A stretch of DNA of 64,000 nucleotides. Source: a virus. Made by a program: the position numbers and the translations under genes. Location: IMG/VR virus record IMGVR_UViG_3300035670_000111, positions 1-64,000 of that record; one strand, written 5' to 3'. Positions 47,300 to 55,869 of this stretch are shown piece after piece (the first letter of the stretch is position 1; the number at the start of each line of letters is the position of its first letter). The notes beneath the pieces were generated by a model. The model was not told the DNA's origin and made no database searches. It was given only the letters and a program-made list of their open reading frames with translations.

Positions 47300-47420
47300 T
47301 CTTCTTTTTCACCTTCTTGGGTAGTCGCTTACCTTTGGGAGTCTTTTCTTCCCACTCAGCAGCCATCTTAGGGTCATTAGCATACATCCACTTACGCTGA
47401 GCTTGGGACTTGAATGGCAC
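47286..47420 (-). CDS. 44-aa basic protein with MPFKS..QR.W motif
   Basis: MPFKSQAQRKWMYANDPKMAAEWEEKTPKGKRLPKKVKKKNGKK; GAGG RBS. Confidence 0.8.
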   Translation of the reverse strand: MPFKSQAQRKWMYANDPKMAAEWEEKTPKGKRLPKKVKKKNGKK

Positions 47421-47423
47421 GGT

Positions 47424-48005
47424 TTAACCTCGGTTTGTTCTAGAAACGAATGGGGTGTAGTTAGCGTATTCCTGGAACTGGGGATCATTGATGAGCTCTT
47501 CAGCATTAACCTGGTTACAGTCAATTGTAAAGAGGGTATAGTCGTCAGTAATGATTCCCTTAGGGAAGATCTGCTTTACCGCAAATACTTGTTTTCTAAA
47601 GACCACCCTATCGCGTAGATATGCGTCTGGGTTAGTAGGCAGATACTGAAGCTCTGGGATAACCCTTGATTCTCCACCAGATAAGCTGGATCCATCGATG
47701 ATATCCATGTTAATGGTAATTCTAAGAACGTCGGTGTTGTAGAAGCCTCGTTCACTCTGTACAGTTACGCCCTGGAATAGAGCAGCATTAACTACTGGGA
47801 TTGTATGAGGTCCGTGATATCTACGACCTCCTCCTACGCTGCTTCCCACGTCATAAAGAGCGTCTACTTGGGTTAGGTCCTGGTCATATAACCACCAGTC
47901 GATTTCGTAACCTACAGTACGAACAACTTCTTTGGTGGTACCAGAAATAATAGACCCACGCTCATGTTGGATACTAAACCGGCCCTCCCGCTGTTCTCCA
48001 CGCAC
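47424..48005 (-). CDS. Putative head closure/neck protein
   Basis: D.LYD, GFY..D.L, DRVVF...F pattern; position upstream of neck/tail genes. Confidence 0.55.
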   Translation of the reverse strand: MRGEQREGRFSIQHERGSIISGTTKEVVRTVGYEIDWWLYDQDLTQVDALYDVGSSVGGGRRYHGPHTIPVVNAALFQGVTVQSERGFYNTDVLRITINMDIIDGSSLSGGESRVIPELQYLPTNPDAYLRDRVVFRKQVFAVKQIFPKGIITDDYTLFTIDCNQVNAEELINDPQFQEYANYTPFVSRTNRG

Positions 48006-48007
48006 TT

Positions 48008-48232
48008 TTACTCCTCTACTGGAAGGCTGTACTCATCGATTAGAGGGTCGTATGTTGCTCCAACTACTATGTTATGTGATTCGAGTGGCATTTTGTCTGA
48101 TACGTCTTTAATTACAGGTTCGCTTAAAAAGATAGCGCCAAGGCGTTCATCGGTATGTAGGATGTCTACAACCTGGTTATCAATGATAAAAGCAATCTTG
48201 ACTGGTGGTATTTCTTGAGTGTAATCAGCCAT
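48008..48232 (-). CDS. Small acidic protein, tail-fibre-chaperone-like
   Basis: AFIID..V.D...G.TYD pattern; lies downstream of a fibre gene. Confidence 0.55.
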   Translation of the reverse strand: MADYTQEIPPVKIAFIIDNQVVDILHTDERLGAIFLSEPVIKDVSDKMPLESHNIVVGATYDPLIDEYSLPVEE

Positions 48233-48467
48233 TTATTTCCTCCTTATAGATATTGGTTACTGCTTCCCACTTATGTAATGGGCAAGAGGCGTTAGGAAGC
48301 TTTGTCTTAAGCTTCATTATGCAGCCACACTCTTTGCATTGAGTGGTGGCCTTTATAAATCTATCGCAGGTCTGACAGATCTCTAGTCTTTTCTGGGCAA
48401 TATCGGTTTCTACTCGACCTATATTCTTATTGAATAGGTCCCAGGGACGGGCGGGTCTTTCGCTCAT
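48225..48467 (-). CDS. DUF6171-like Cys-rich small protein
   Basis: R..IC..C...C..CGC...K...CP..KW. Confidence 0.7.
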   Translation of the reverse strand: MSERPARPWDLFNKNIGRVETDIAQKRLEICQTCDRFIKATTQCKECGCIMKLKTKLPNASCPLHKWEAVTNIYKEEING

Positions 48468-48475
48468 TTATACTC

Positions 48476-50251
48476 CTATATTGTCGCCAAGAAATTGTCT
48501 ACGGTAGATCCTTGACTTCCTGTGGAAGGCGCCTTAATTATACCCACAGAAGTTCCCTTGGTGGGGGAAGTTGGGGTATGGCTTAGATCAGCCCCAAGTT
48601 GCGATCCGCCAAGGTTTGATCCAGAATAGGCCTTTGCCGTTATTACGTTACCTACAGTAGTTACGTATACAGAGCCGACTGTAGTAAAGCCAGAGTTATT
48701 GCTAGATATCTGTAAAGAAGCGGCCTCGCTTACTACTTCAGACACAGAGCTGGCTATTACTAGGGACGATACATAGGTAGTTACGCTCCTAGTGCCGGTG
48801 TAGCAAGAATAAGTTGTGACGCTTCTAGTGCTGGTGTAGCAAGAATAATTAGTGGTGTACGCGGTATAGCAAGAGTAATTTGTGGGCTGGTTTACTTGCT
48901 GTGTATAGCAAGAGTAGACTGTTCTATTTCTAGTCGAAGTATAACAAGAATAACTTACCGGATTAGTTACGGTACGTGTAGAGGTATAGCAAGAATAGGT
49001 AGTAGGGGTTGTAGTAGTACTATTACTGGTGTAGCAAGAATAAGTGGTTGGCGTAGCTGGGTTATAGCAAGAGTAGCTAGATAGCTCTTGTCCAGGGCTG
49101 CAATAGTAACAAGCAGTATAGGTGTTAATACACTCTCCGGAAATACCTTGACAGCAGTCATATCCAGCTATGCGCTGCTCATAGGTTTTAGTAATTGATG
49201 TTGCCGAATTTGAATAAGATCTAGCAGATCCTGGATTAGTAGTGACGCCAGAACAGCAGCTTCCTGATGGAGGGTTACTAGTACTTGTTACTTGACCTTG
49301 ATTGCAGACTGTGGTGGTTCCACCTCCAGAACTAGTGACGCCAGAACAACAGCTTCCTGAGGGAGGGTTACTAGAACCACTAACCTGTCCTTGATCGCAG
49401 ACTGTAGAGGTTCCACCACCGCTTGTTATAACGCCGGAGCAGCAGTTAGTTCCAGAACAGCTTGAGTTTGAGCACCCAGTTAGGCCCTGATCGCAAACAC
49501 TAACAGTTCCACTAGAAACTCCTGAGCAGCAGCTTCCAGAGGGCGGATTACTATAAGAATCTACGTATCCTCCGGTACATGCAGTTCCACCTCCGGAAGT
49601 AGTTACTCCAGAACAGCAGCTTCCAGAAGGAGGGTTGTTTGTGTTGGTGACCTGACTTTGGTTACAGGTTTGAGAGCTAGTTATGTCAGAGCAGCAATTT
49701 CCAGCAGGAGGACTATAGGTGTTAGTTGCCTGACTCTGATCGCATACTGAAGTGCTTCCAGTAGTTACTCCAGAACAGCAATTGCCAGCAGGAGGGTTTG
49801 AGGTATTGGTAACTTGACTCTGATCACAAAAAGTTTGAGTGCTTGAAGTATACCTAGGATAAGCAGCCCACCAAGATCCAGCGGAGCTTATCCAGAAAGA
49901 AACGCCAGTTCCACCAGTGGTATCTGTTTGTATCTTTACATCAGTATTTCCAAGGTTAGCCGAAGCTATTGGATATGTGCTAGCCGCATCATCTGCAATA
50001 GCTGTGTTAGAACCACTGATACGCCAGTTTCCGCGTAGAGCTGTCCACACCTGACCTGAGTCAGCTGTTCCTAATCCATTTACAGTAGAAGTTCTATTAA
50101 ACGCATCTTGTATTTTGGATGCAAACCATTGTTTCCATTGTCCACCCACTTTTACGAAGGCGCCAGTAGCGGTTTTCCATTGACCGCTTACTTTTACAGA
50201 AAGACCGCTAGCAGTCCTCCAGACGCCTCCTACTTTGGATGAACCCGGCAT
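48476..50251 (-). CDS. Cys-rich fibre/adhesin: beta-sandwich interrupted by a nested Cys-repeat stalk
   Basis: N-terminal VKV.GQW repeats (fibre attachment type), DAFNR...DNF domain ends, 36 Cys all within the insert. Confidence 0.7.
   Translation of the reverse strand: MPGSSKVGGVWRTASGLSVKVSGQWKTATGAFVKVGGQWKQWFASKIQDAFNRTSTVNGLGTADSGQVWTALRGNWRISGSNTAIADDAASTYPIASANLGNTDVKIQTDTTGGTGVSFWISSAGSWWAAYPRYTSSTQTFCDQSQVTNTSNPPAGNCCSGVTTGSTSVCDQSQATNTYSPPAGNCCSDITSSQTCNQSQVTNTNNPPSGSCCSGVTTSGGGTACTGGYVDSYSNPPSGSCCSGVSSGTVSVCDQGLTGCSNSSCSGTNCCSGVITSGGGTSTVCDQGQVSGSSNPPSGSCCSGVTSSGGGTTTVCNQGQVTSTSNPPSGSCCSGVTTNPGSARSYSNSATSITKTYEQRIAGYDCCQGISGECINTYTACYYCSPGQELSSYSCYNPATPTTYSCYTSNSTTTTPTTYSCYTSTRTVTNPVSYSCYTSTRNRTVYSCYTQQVNQPTNYSCYTAYTTNYSCYTSTRSVTTYSCYTGTRSVTTYVSSLVIASSVSEVVSEAASLQISSNNSGFTTVGSVYVTTVGNVITAKAYSGSNLGGSQLGADLSHTPTSPTKGTSVGIIKAPSTGSQGSTVDNFLATI
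48803..49828 (-). repeat. Seven C-x15-CC repeats, a 6-Cys tip, then seven YSCYT repeats (coding)
   Basis: Counted directly from the translation. Confidence 0.9.
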
Positions 50252-50481
50252 TAGACGTACTGCACCCAGATATCTCCGTCATTCCCACCTGCTGGAGCGT
50301 TGGTGGAGACGGTTATGTTTCTAACAACGTTAGAAGATGTAGAAGCAGTAGTTACCTGACCATTGACAACGTTAACTGCGCCAATAGCTGAAGGGGTTAT
50401 ACCTAAAGCTGCAGGGTTTAGTTGTGGGCTACCAAAAGCTTCCCACTGACTTGTAGTGTTATTCCAGCGCTTTATAGCCAT
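50251..50481 (-). CDS. Small fibre-associated structural protein
   Basis: RNITVST.AP.GG.DGDIW.QY motif. Confidence 0.7.
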   Translation of the reverse strand: MAIKRWNNTTSQWEAFGSPQLNPAALGITPSAIGAVNVVNGQVTTASTSSNVVRNITVSTNAPAGGNDGDIWVQYV

Positions 50482-51050
50482 TAATTAACTCCATACACTA
50501 AAGCTGTACCACCAGAGAATGTTCCGGTAGATAGCGAGATTGTCATTTTAGTTAAGGCTCCAGGAACGGTAAAGGCATTTGTATTGTCTAGGATCGTTAC
50601 GACGTTAGAGTTGTTGGTATACACGCCTTTTAGATATCCCCATGAAAAGCTGGTGGTATCTTGGGTATCTACTATGTCTACAGACCAGTGGTTAGTATCT
50701 ACCCCAGATTTTACGTTTGCGATACTAAATAGGGCTGTTCCAGAGGCATAGTTAGTCACATCATCATTTAGAGTTATGTTAACCGTAGCGTTTGCTGATG
50801 GTTTTACGCCCCTAAATACGACGTATACGTCCTTGTAAAGAGAGATGATAGAAAGATCTACAGATGATCCCGTAAGGGTTGCTATGGATACAAGGTTCTT
50901 ACCAGCATTGTTTTGAACGTCAGAGTCCACCCAGATGTCGCCATCGGTAGGGTTAGTGGGCTGGTTAGCACCAAAGAAAACTCTTTTGCCAGGATAGTCG
51001 TCGGTAAATAAAATAGGTCCGACTGGCTGGCCGTTATTTTGAACGGCCAT
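50481..51050 (-). CDS. Fibre-associated structural protein
   Basis: P.NP.DGDIWVD, terminal GT...GT..VYGV. Confidence 0.65.
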   Translation of the reverse strand: MAVQNNGQPVGPILFTDDYPGKRVFFGANQPTNPTDGDIWVDSDVQNNAGKNLVSIATLTGSSVDLSIISLYKDVYVVFRGVKPSANATVNITLNDDVTNYASGTALFSIANVKSGVDTNHWSVDIVDTQDTTSFSWGYLKGVYTNNSNVVTILDNTNAFTVPGALTKMTISLSTGTFSGGTALVYGVN

Positions 51051-51052
51051 GG

Positions 51053-51394
51053 CTATGCTACCTCAGAACCAAATGCCTGGAATGTAAGGTTTGCTGTAGA
51101 TGCGACAACAGTGATCGTATCTGAAGCAGACAGGGTAACTCCAAGGGTAAAGGTGGTAGTAGTGTTAGCCGGGATAGCGGCATCGTAAGCAAGATACTGC
51201 TTGTTATCCAGGGCAGCGTTATCCTCACGGATAGCTATACGGTAGGTTGCTGCGGAGGTTCCGCGATTACAAACTACGATGGTAGATACCACAGCAGCGC
51301 TTCCCGCAGTAGAGGAGACAGCATACAGTTGGCTTCCTCCAGATACGTTGGCTGCTGGGGCAACCTGACCTAAAATTTTATAAGTCGTCGCCAA
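51053..51394 (-). CDS. Virion structural protein
   Basis: TYKILGQ..P...LY....V.STI.VCN...FGSE pattern. Confidence 0.65.
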   Translation of the reverse strand: MATTYKILGQVAPAANVSGGSQLYAVSSTAGSAAVVSTIVVCNRGTSAATYRIAIREDNAALDNKQYLAYDAAIPANTTTTFTLGVTLSASDTITVVASTANLTFQAFGSEVA

Positions 51395-52451
51395 GAGATT
51401 GCTCCTTCGAGTAGAAAGCTAGATTCGCTGTAAGGCGCGGATCATTTGGGTTCAATTCTACGGCTTTAGTCCCGTATTGAACTGCCTTATCTGACAAACC
51501 TAGGCGATACGCCGCAATTGCTGCATAATCCCAGGGATCTGATCCCCAGGCAAAGTCTTCGCATAAATACTCTAGGGGCTTTTCCGTTATTTCTAATGCG
51601 TTTTCTGCCGCATCTAGGCAGTCAAACCAGCGGTTGTTTTCATAGTAAAGCTTGGCTAGCTCTACATACCCCTCTCTACGATCAGGAGCTTCTTCTACTG
51701 CTTTTTTTAACCAGTCTTCTCTTTCAACAAAGTCTTCCATCATTTTGGATATATACCTCATAGACGCCGCTCGTTCGGGTTTCCATACCGCTTTTGGTAA
51801 GGAAAGATGTCTCTTAAATTCCTCCACTGCTTCTGCAAAACGCCCATAAAAGTATAGTTCTCTAGCGTGATAGAAGGCGTTTCTATCGTCGTAGGGATCT
51901 TCTTTTACCGACTGAGCTAGCAAAGGAAAGTATTGAGACCTAGGCTTTGTGTTATCTGCGTGATGGTGGATTTCTAAACCTATCCAGCTTTGGACCTCAT
52001 CTATGCGGTCAGAGACCAATACTTCGTGTACAGGGTGCTTCCACCTATAGCCATGTCTACGGTGGATCTTATCTCCACCGTATTGCAGGCCTGGACTTCC
52101 ATCTATATTCCAATTCCATGTATATTGGTATCTAGGGCGAGTAACGTATTTATCGATAGATTCTAAATGCGCTCGCCACCCAGGAACTAGTACCTCATCC
52201 ATATCAAGAGCAATACATAGATCTATATCATCAGGCAATACAGCAAGCGCAGCATTACGGGCGTCATCAAAACGCCAAGGTTTTACTGAAATTGATACCA
52301 CATTTATACCAAGTTTCTTAGCTGCTTTAACTGTGGAGTCGGAAGATCCGGTATCAGCTATGAGAAGATAATCAGCTTCTTTTGCTGACTCATACCAGGG
52401 CTTTACAAACTGTTGCTCGTTTAACGCGATAGTGTAGATCGCTATCTTCAT
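51378..52451 (-). CDS. GT2 glycosyltransferase with TPR repeats
   Basis: I..NE, DTGS.D.T, F..ARN, LDMDE (DxD), VHE; C-terminal TPRs. Confidence 0.9.
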   Translation of the reverse strand: MKIAIYTIALNEQQFVKPWYESAKEADYLLIADTGSSDSTVKAAKKLGINVVSISVKPWRFDDARNAALAVLPDDIDLCIALDMDEVLVPGWRAHLESIDKYVTRPRYQYTWNWNIDGSPGLQYGGDKIHRRHGYRWKHPVHEVLVSDRIDEVQSWIGLEIHHHADNTKPRSQYFPLLAQSVKEDPYDDRNAFYHARELYFYGRFAEAVEEFKRHLSLPKAVWKPERAASMRYISKMMEDFVEREDWLKKAVEEAPDRREGYVELAKLYYENNRWFDCLDAAENALEITEKPLEYLCEDFAWGSDPWDYAAIAAYRLGLSDKAVQYGTKAVELNPNDPRLTANLAFYSKEQSLGDDL

Positions 52452-52462
52452 TTATGCTCCGA

Positions 52463-52573
52463 TTATTCTTCAGGATATACTAGGTCGTAACCTACTACTA
52501 CTCCTTCATCGTTCTTGACTTCAAACTTCTCTGCGCCAGTTTCTGGATCAATTCCTAGGCTTGTACGTATCAT
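52463..52573 (-). CDS. 36-aa acidic protein
   Basis: MIRTSLGIDPETGAEKFEVKNDEGVVVGYDLVYPEE; ATGA coupling to the fibre gene. Confidence 0.6.
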   Translation of the reverse strand: MIRTSLGIDPETGAEKFEVKNDEGVVVGYDLVYPEE

Positions 52574-54708
52574 GAGAACCTTCCCCAAACGCTAATTGTA
52601 CTAGAGGACATGCTGCTAATAGTGGTAGGTAAATCTGTCTGAGCGGCCACTGCTCCAGTAAGTCTAGGAGCTAGTGTAGATAGGGTAGCCGGCACAGAAC
52701 TATACGCAAGTTGTAGGTTTCCAGTTGTAGATGCTAATACTATGATTCCAAGGGCGTATCTAGTTCCCGCAGTAAGGGCATAAGTTGAGGGGAAACCTCC
52801 CGTAGTATCAAGATTTCGTGTGTAAAGGGTGTTAGTAGTGCTAAACAAGGTAGTGTCGTTAGCTGTTCTGGCTACTAAAGTTGCAGTATTTCCAGAGACT
52901 GTATAGATACCTAGTCTGATTAAAGAAGCTCCGGTAGTTGCAATAGTAGATGAAGCTACACTTATTGAATCTACTACGGCATCCCAGCTAGGGGTAAACA
53001 TAGTTAGGTAAACAGTTCCGCTTGTAGGCGTTCCAGTAAAGTTACCGATTCTTGGGTAAACATCAACAATATCTGAGCTTTGATTTAAAGTACCCGCAGC
53101 AGCTATTAGAGGATTATCCCAGACCAATCCCGTAGATTCTGCAGAGTTTGCTGATAAGAACTTTCCATTTGCTCCAACCGCTAAGTTATCTATAGTTCCA
53201 CTAGCTGTAGCAGCTAATAGATCTCCCTTTGCCGTAACTAAGTGGGTACCCAAAAGAGTTGTATTCTCTGCTGGAACCGTAACGGTTACGTCTGCTACAG
53301 GATCTGTAAAACTTAAAGTTGTCTCAAAGTCGTTAGCAGTTCCCTCTACGGTTAAGCTTGAATCAGAAATATATAGACCTGATACTGTTGGGGTTGTTAA
53401 AGTTAAATCTGCAACTGAAGTTGTAGTGTCACCTAAAGTTATAGCTGTAGATCCAAGCGTTATTCCGGAATTTTCAAGCTTATCATTTGTTACGTCACCG
53501 TCAACAATTTTTGCTGTGGTAACCGAACCGTCTAGCGGAGTTCTTTCATCAGATAGACGACTATCATCTCCAAGGACAACCTCTCCCGCTGCGGCATCTC
53601 CTGTGGTTGAATAATTTTTACCTGCTGCGGTTCCCGCATCAGAAACCTGTGAAAGGGTTATAGATAACAGAGATTGATCAAGACCTAGCACTGCGGCGGT
53701 AGATGTTCCAGTATTTGTAACAGGACCCGTTACAGAGATAACTCCAGATGGACCGGTTGGGCCTATATCTCCCTGAGGACCTGTTGGGCCGGTGTCTCCC
53801 TGTGGTCCAGTAGGACCTTGTGGACCAACAATCTGACCGGCGCTGTACCAGCCAGAGATATCGCTCCAAACGTAAACATCTCCATCTGAGTCAACAATGT
53901 AAGCATCATTTTGGTTTGGAGTTGGAGTTGTTGGTAAATCTATAGGAGTAGCAACGCTACCAATAAGGTTGATAGCAACACCTTGTGGACCTGTAGGACC
54001 AAGCTCTCCTTGAGGTCCTGTTGGTCCCGTTTCACCTTGAGGACCGGTTGGTCCAAGGTTTGAAACCGCGATTGCTCCAGCCATTGGTGGGTGGTATTGG
54101 CAAACGTAATAAAGTTGCGGTGCGTCAAAAGGAACTTCAAAAATAATAGTTCCACTTTGAGTACCATTGTTAGTAATTCCTGTGCTGTAAATATTTCCAG
54201 AACTATAGGCTCCAGATACTGTTTGAATCCAGAATGGATGGCCTACAGCATTAACATTAATTACATATCTGTGACCACGAATGAAAGATAACGTTGGGTT
54301 GCTTTCGCCATTAATTACGTAAGCGCCTGATCCAGAGTTAGTTACATTTAGAACAATACCGCCACTAGGACCAGTTGGTCCAGTTGGTCCTGTTGGACCT
54401 GTAGGACCGGTGACACCTTGAGGAATACCAAAGTTGTATACGGCTGCAGTTGCAGTTCCTGTATTAACAACGGTTGCAGAAGATCCTGGGGCTAGGGTAG
54501 AAACAACTCCTACAGTTGCTGTAGAACTTGGGCCTGTTGGACCTGTTGGTCCGGAGGAGTAGGGCAAAGAGTTCCAAGCAGATGAACCATTTCCAATTTT
54601 AAACTTACCAGTGTCGTACTCGTAACCAACTTCTCCTTGGGAAAGGATTGGGTTTGCGGTTGCCCACTCAGATACAGTTCCGCGTCTAAATTGAACTTTA
54701 ACTGCCAT
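52570..54708 (-). CDS. Collagen-like tail fibre with Mtd-N-like head and cupredoxin-like domain
   Basis: QFRRGT..EW...NP.L..GE.GYE.DT.KFKIG.G; GPT/GPQ triplets; GHPF...YYVCQYHPPM. Confidence 0.85.
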   Translation of the reverse strand: MAVKVQFRRGTVSEWATANPILSQGEVGYEYDTGKFKIGNGSSAWNSLPYSSGPTGPTGPSSTATVGVVSTLAPGSSATVVNTGTATAAVYNFGIPQGVTGPTGPTGPTGPTGPSGGIVLNVTNSGSGAYVINGESNPTLSFIRGHRYVINVNAVGHPFWIQTVSGAYSSGNIYSTGITNNGTQSGTIIFEVPFDAPQLYYVCQYHPPMAGAIAVSNLGPTGPQGETGPTGPQGELGPTGPQGVAINLIGSVATPIDLPTTPTPNQNDAYIVDSDGDVYVWSDISGWYSAGQIVGPQGPTGPQGDTGPTGPQGDIGPTGPSGVISVTGPVTNTGTSTAAVLGLDQSLLSITLSQVSDAGTAAGKNYSTTGDAAAGEVVLGDDSRLSDERTPLDGSVTTAKIVDGDVTNDKLENSGITLGSTAITLGDTTTSVADLTLTTPTVSGLYISDSSLTVEGTANDFETTLSFTDPVADVTVTVPAENTTLLGTHLVTAKGDLLAATASGTIDNLAVGANGKFLSANSAESTGLVWDNPLIAAAGTLNQSSDIVDVYPRIGNFTGTPTSGTVYLTMFTPSWDAVVDSISVASSTIATTGASLIRLGIYTVSGNTATLVARTANDTTLFSTTNTLYTRNLDTTGGFPSTYALTAGTRYALGIIVLASTTGNLQLAYSSVPATLSTLAPRLTGAVAAQTDLPTTISSMSSSTISVWGRFS

Positions 54709-54851
54709 TAGCAATCACACTTCTTTCCTTTTTTCATTTTCCACCACATCCAAACATGGTGAGCCGCCATTAGTCCCATAAGAGCCCACATAACTTTCAT
54801 CTCAGTTATTTGAAAAGAAAAGTCTGTTGAGTGATTTGTATGATCATGCAT
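54708..54851 (-). CDS. 47-aa Met/His-rich single-TM protein
   Basis: [47 protein letters not shown]; TAATG coupling at both ends. Confidence 0.75.
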   Translation of the reverse strand: MHDHTNHSTDFSFQITEMKVMWALMGLMAAHHVWMWWKMKKGKKCDC

Positions 54852-55144
54852 TAGTCGTTAGGCCCTCCGCAATCAATAGGGACAACTCCACCGTACGTAG
54901 AAGACGGAGTTCCGCAATCTACGTTTTGAAAGATAGGACCAGTCGGTCCAGTTGGACCAGCAGATCCAGTGGGCCCAGTTACAGCAGGACCGGTTGGCCC
55001 GGTTGGACCAGCAGGACCTGTAGGTCCGATTGGACCTAAAGACTCTTTAATGACCCACTTGTAACCGTCCCAAAGCCAAGTAGTTCCTGCAGCACTGAAC
55101 TCTTCGTTTAGCGCAGGGGAATTAGGAAAGTCAATTGCTGGCAC
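54851..55144 (-). CDS. Short collagen-like virion protein
   Basis: IDFP.SP...W.WDG.KW, GPT repeats, terminal ID.G motifs. Confidence 0.8.
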   Translation of the reverse strand: MPAIDFPNSPALNEEFSAAGTTWLWDGYKWVIKESLGPIGPTGPAGPTGPTGPAVTGPTGSAGPTGPTGPIFQNVDCGTPSSTYGGVVPIDCGGPND

Positions 55145-55166
55145 ACCTTAGATTTTACCTTAGGGG

Positions 55167-55868
55167 CTAGTCGTAGGACTTCTTAACCCAAACTACTTTT
55201 CTGTACCCGTCGTATAGGTATTTAGCGACTTGGAACAGCTGCTTGTTTAGCCAGTTCTTGTCAGTCTCTTTGACTTCGCTTTGCCAACCTTCTCTTTTAA
55301 AAGGGATGATTTGCATTATGGGGGTGCCCGCAGGGATGGTTCCTTCAAACCCTTCTTTTAAGAAGAAGGGTATCTCCCCACCAAGGGAGAACCCGTCAGA
55401 GTCAACAACTCCAGAGGTAGTTGTAAACGGGAGATCAAACCTATTTAAAGGGTGGGTGAACACACAGCTATATCCTTGAGGAACAGATACTGCCCAATAG
55501 GTGTGCCAAGCGTACAAGTCATGGTCATGACCAGACGGTCTGGGCAAAGTAGAAGCCATGTCTTTTGGTCTAATTTCTACAATGGATGGGGCTTCGTTCC
55601 AGAAAAACCCCACCTCATTGCCTTTACGTTGAACTAGCAAATCTACTGGCAGTGTCAGCATATAACCAGTAGTTAAAGCGTCTAAAAATGGAACGCATAG
55701 CTTTATGTCTTTATTAATTCCACCAGCCTCTCCAAGAATTTCCATTTTACCGCTACGAAACCTTTTGGCTTTTTTGTACCAATCTGGAACATAGGACTTA
55801 GCGGATTTTGGTGGTTCGAACTTAGACACGTCCTCATTCATAGGCATAAAACTAATGCGCTTTGTCAT
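55167..55868 (-). CDS. DUF6065-like / dUTPase-like-fold protein, paralog 2
   Basis: P.WYK, IK.C.PFLDA.T.GY, P.GYS..FT.P.N, SGVVD.D, GTP..Q.IPFKRE. Confidence 0.6.
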   Translation of the reverse strand: MTKRISFMPMNEDVSKFEPPKSAKSYVPDWYKKAKRFRSGKMEILGEAGGINKDIKLCVPFLDALTTGYMLTLPVDLLVQRKGNEVGFFWNEAPSIVEIRPKDMASTLPRPSGHDHDLYAWHTYWAVSVPQGYSCVFTHPLNRFDLPFTTTSGVVDSDGFSLGGEIPFFLKEGFEGTIPAGTPIMQIIPFKREGWQSEVKETDKNWLNKQLFQVAKYLYDGYRKVVWVKKSYD

Positions 55869-55869
55869 T

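Noticed and set aside
48803-49828. Cys repeats as a CRISPR array or DGR template/variable pair
   Set aside because: Repeats are in-frame, degenerate at third positions, show no adenine-specific pattern, and no reverse transcriptase is in the window
53740-55040. GGACC/GGTCC-rich short repeats
   Set aside because: Explained by collagen Gly-Pro-X codons
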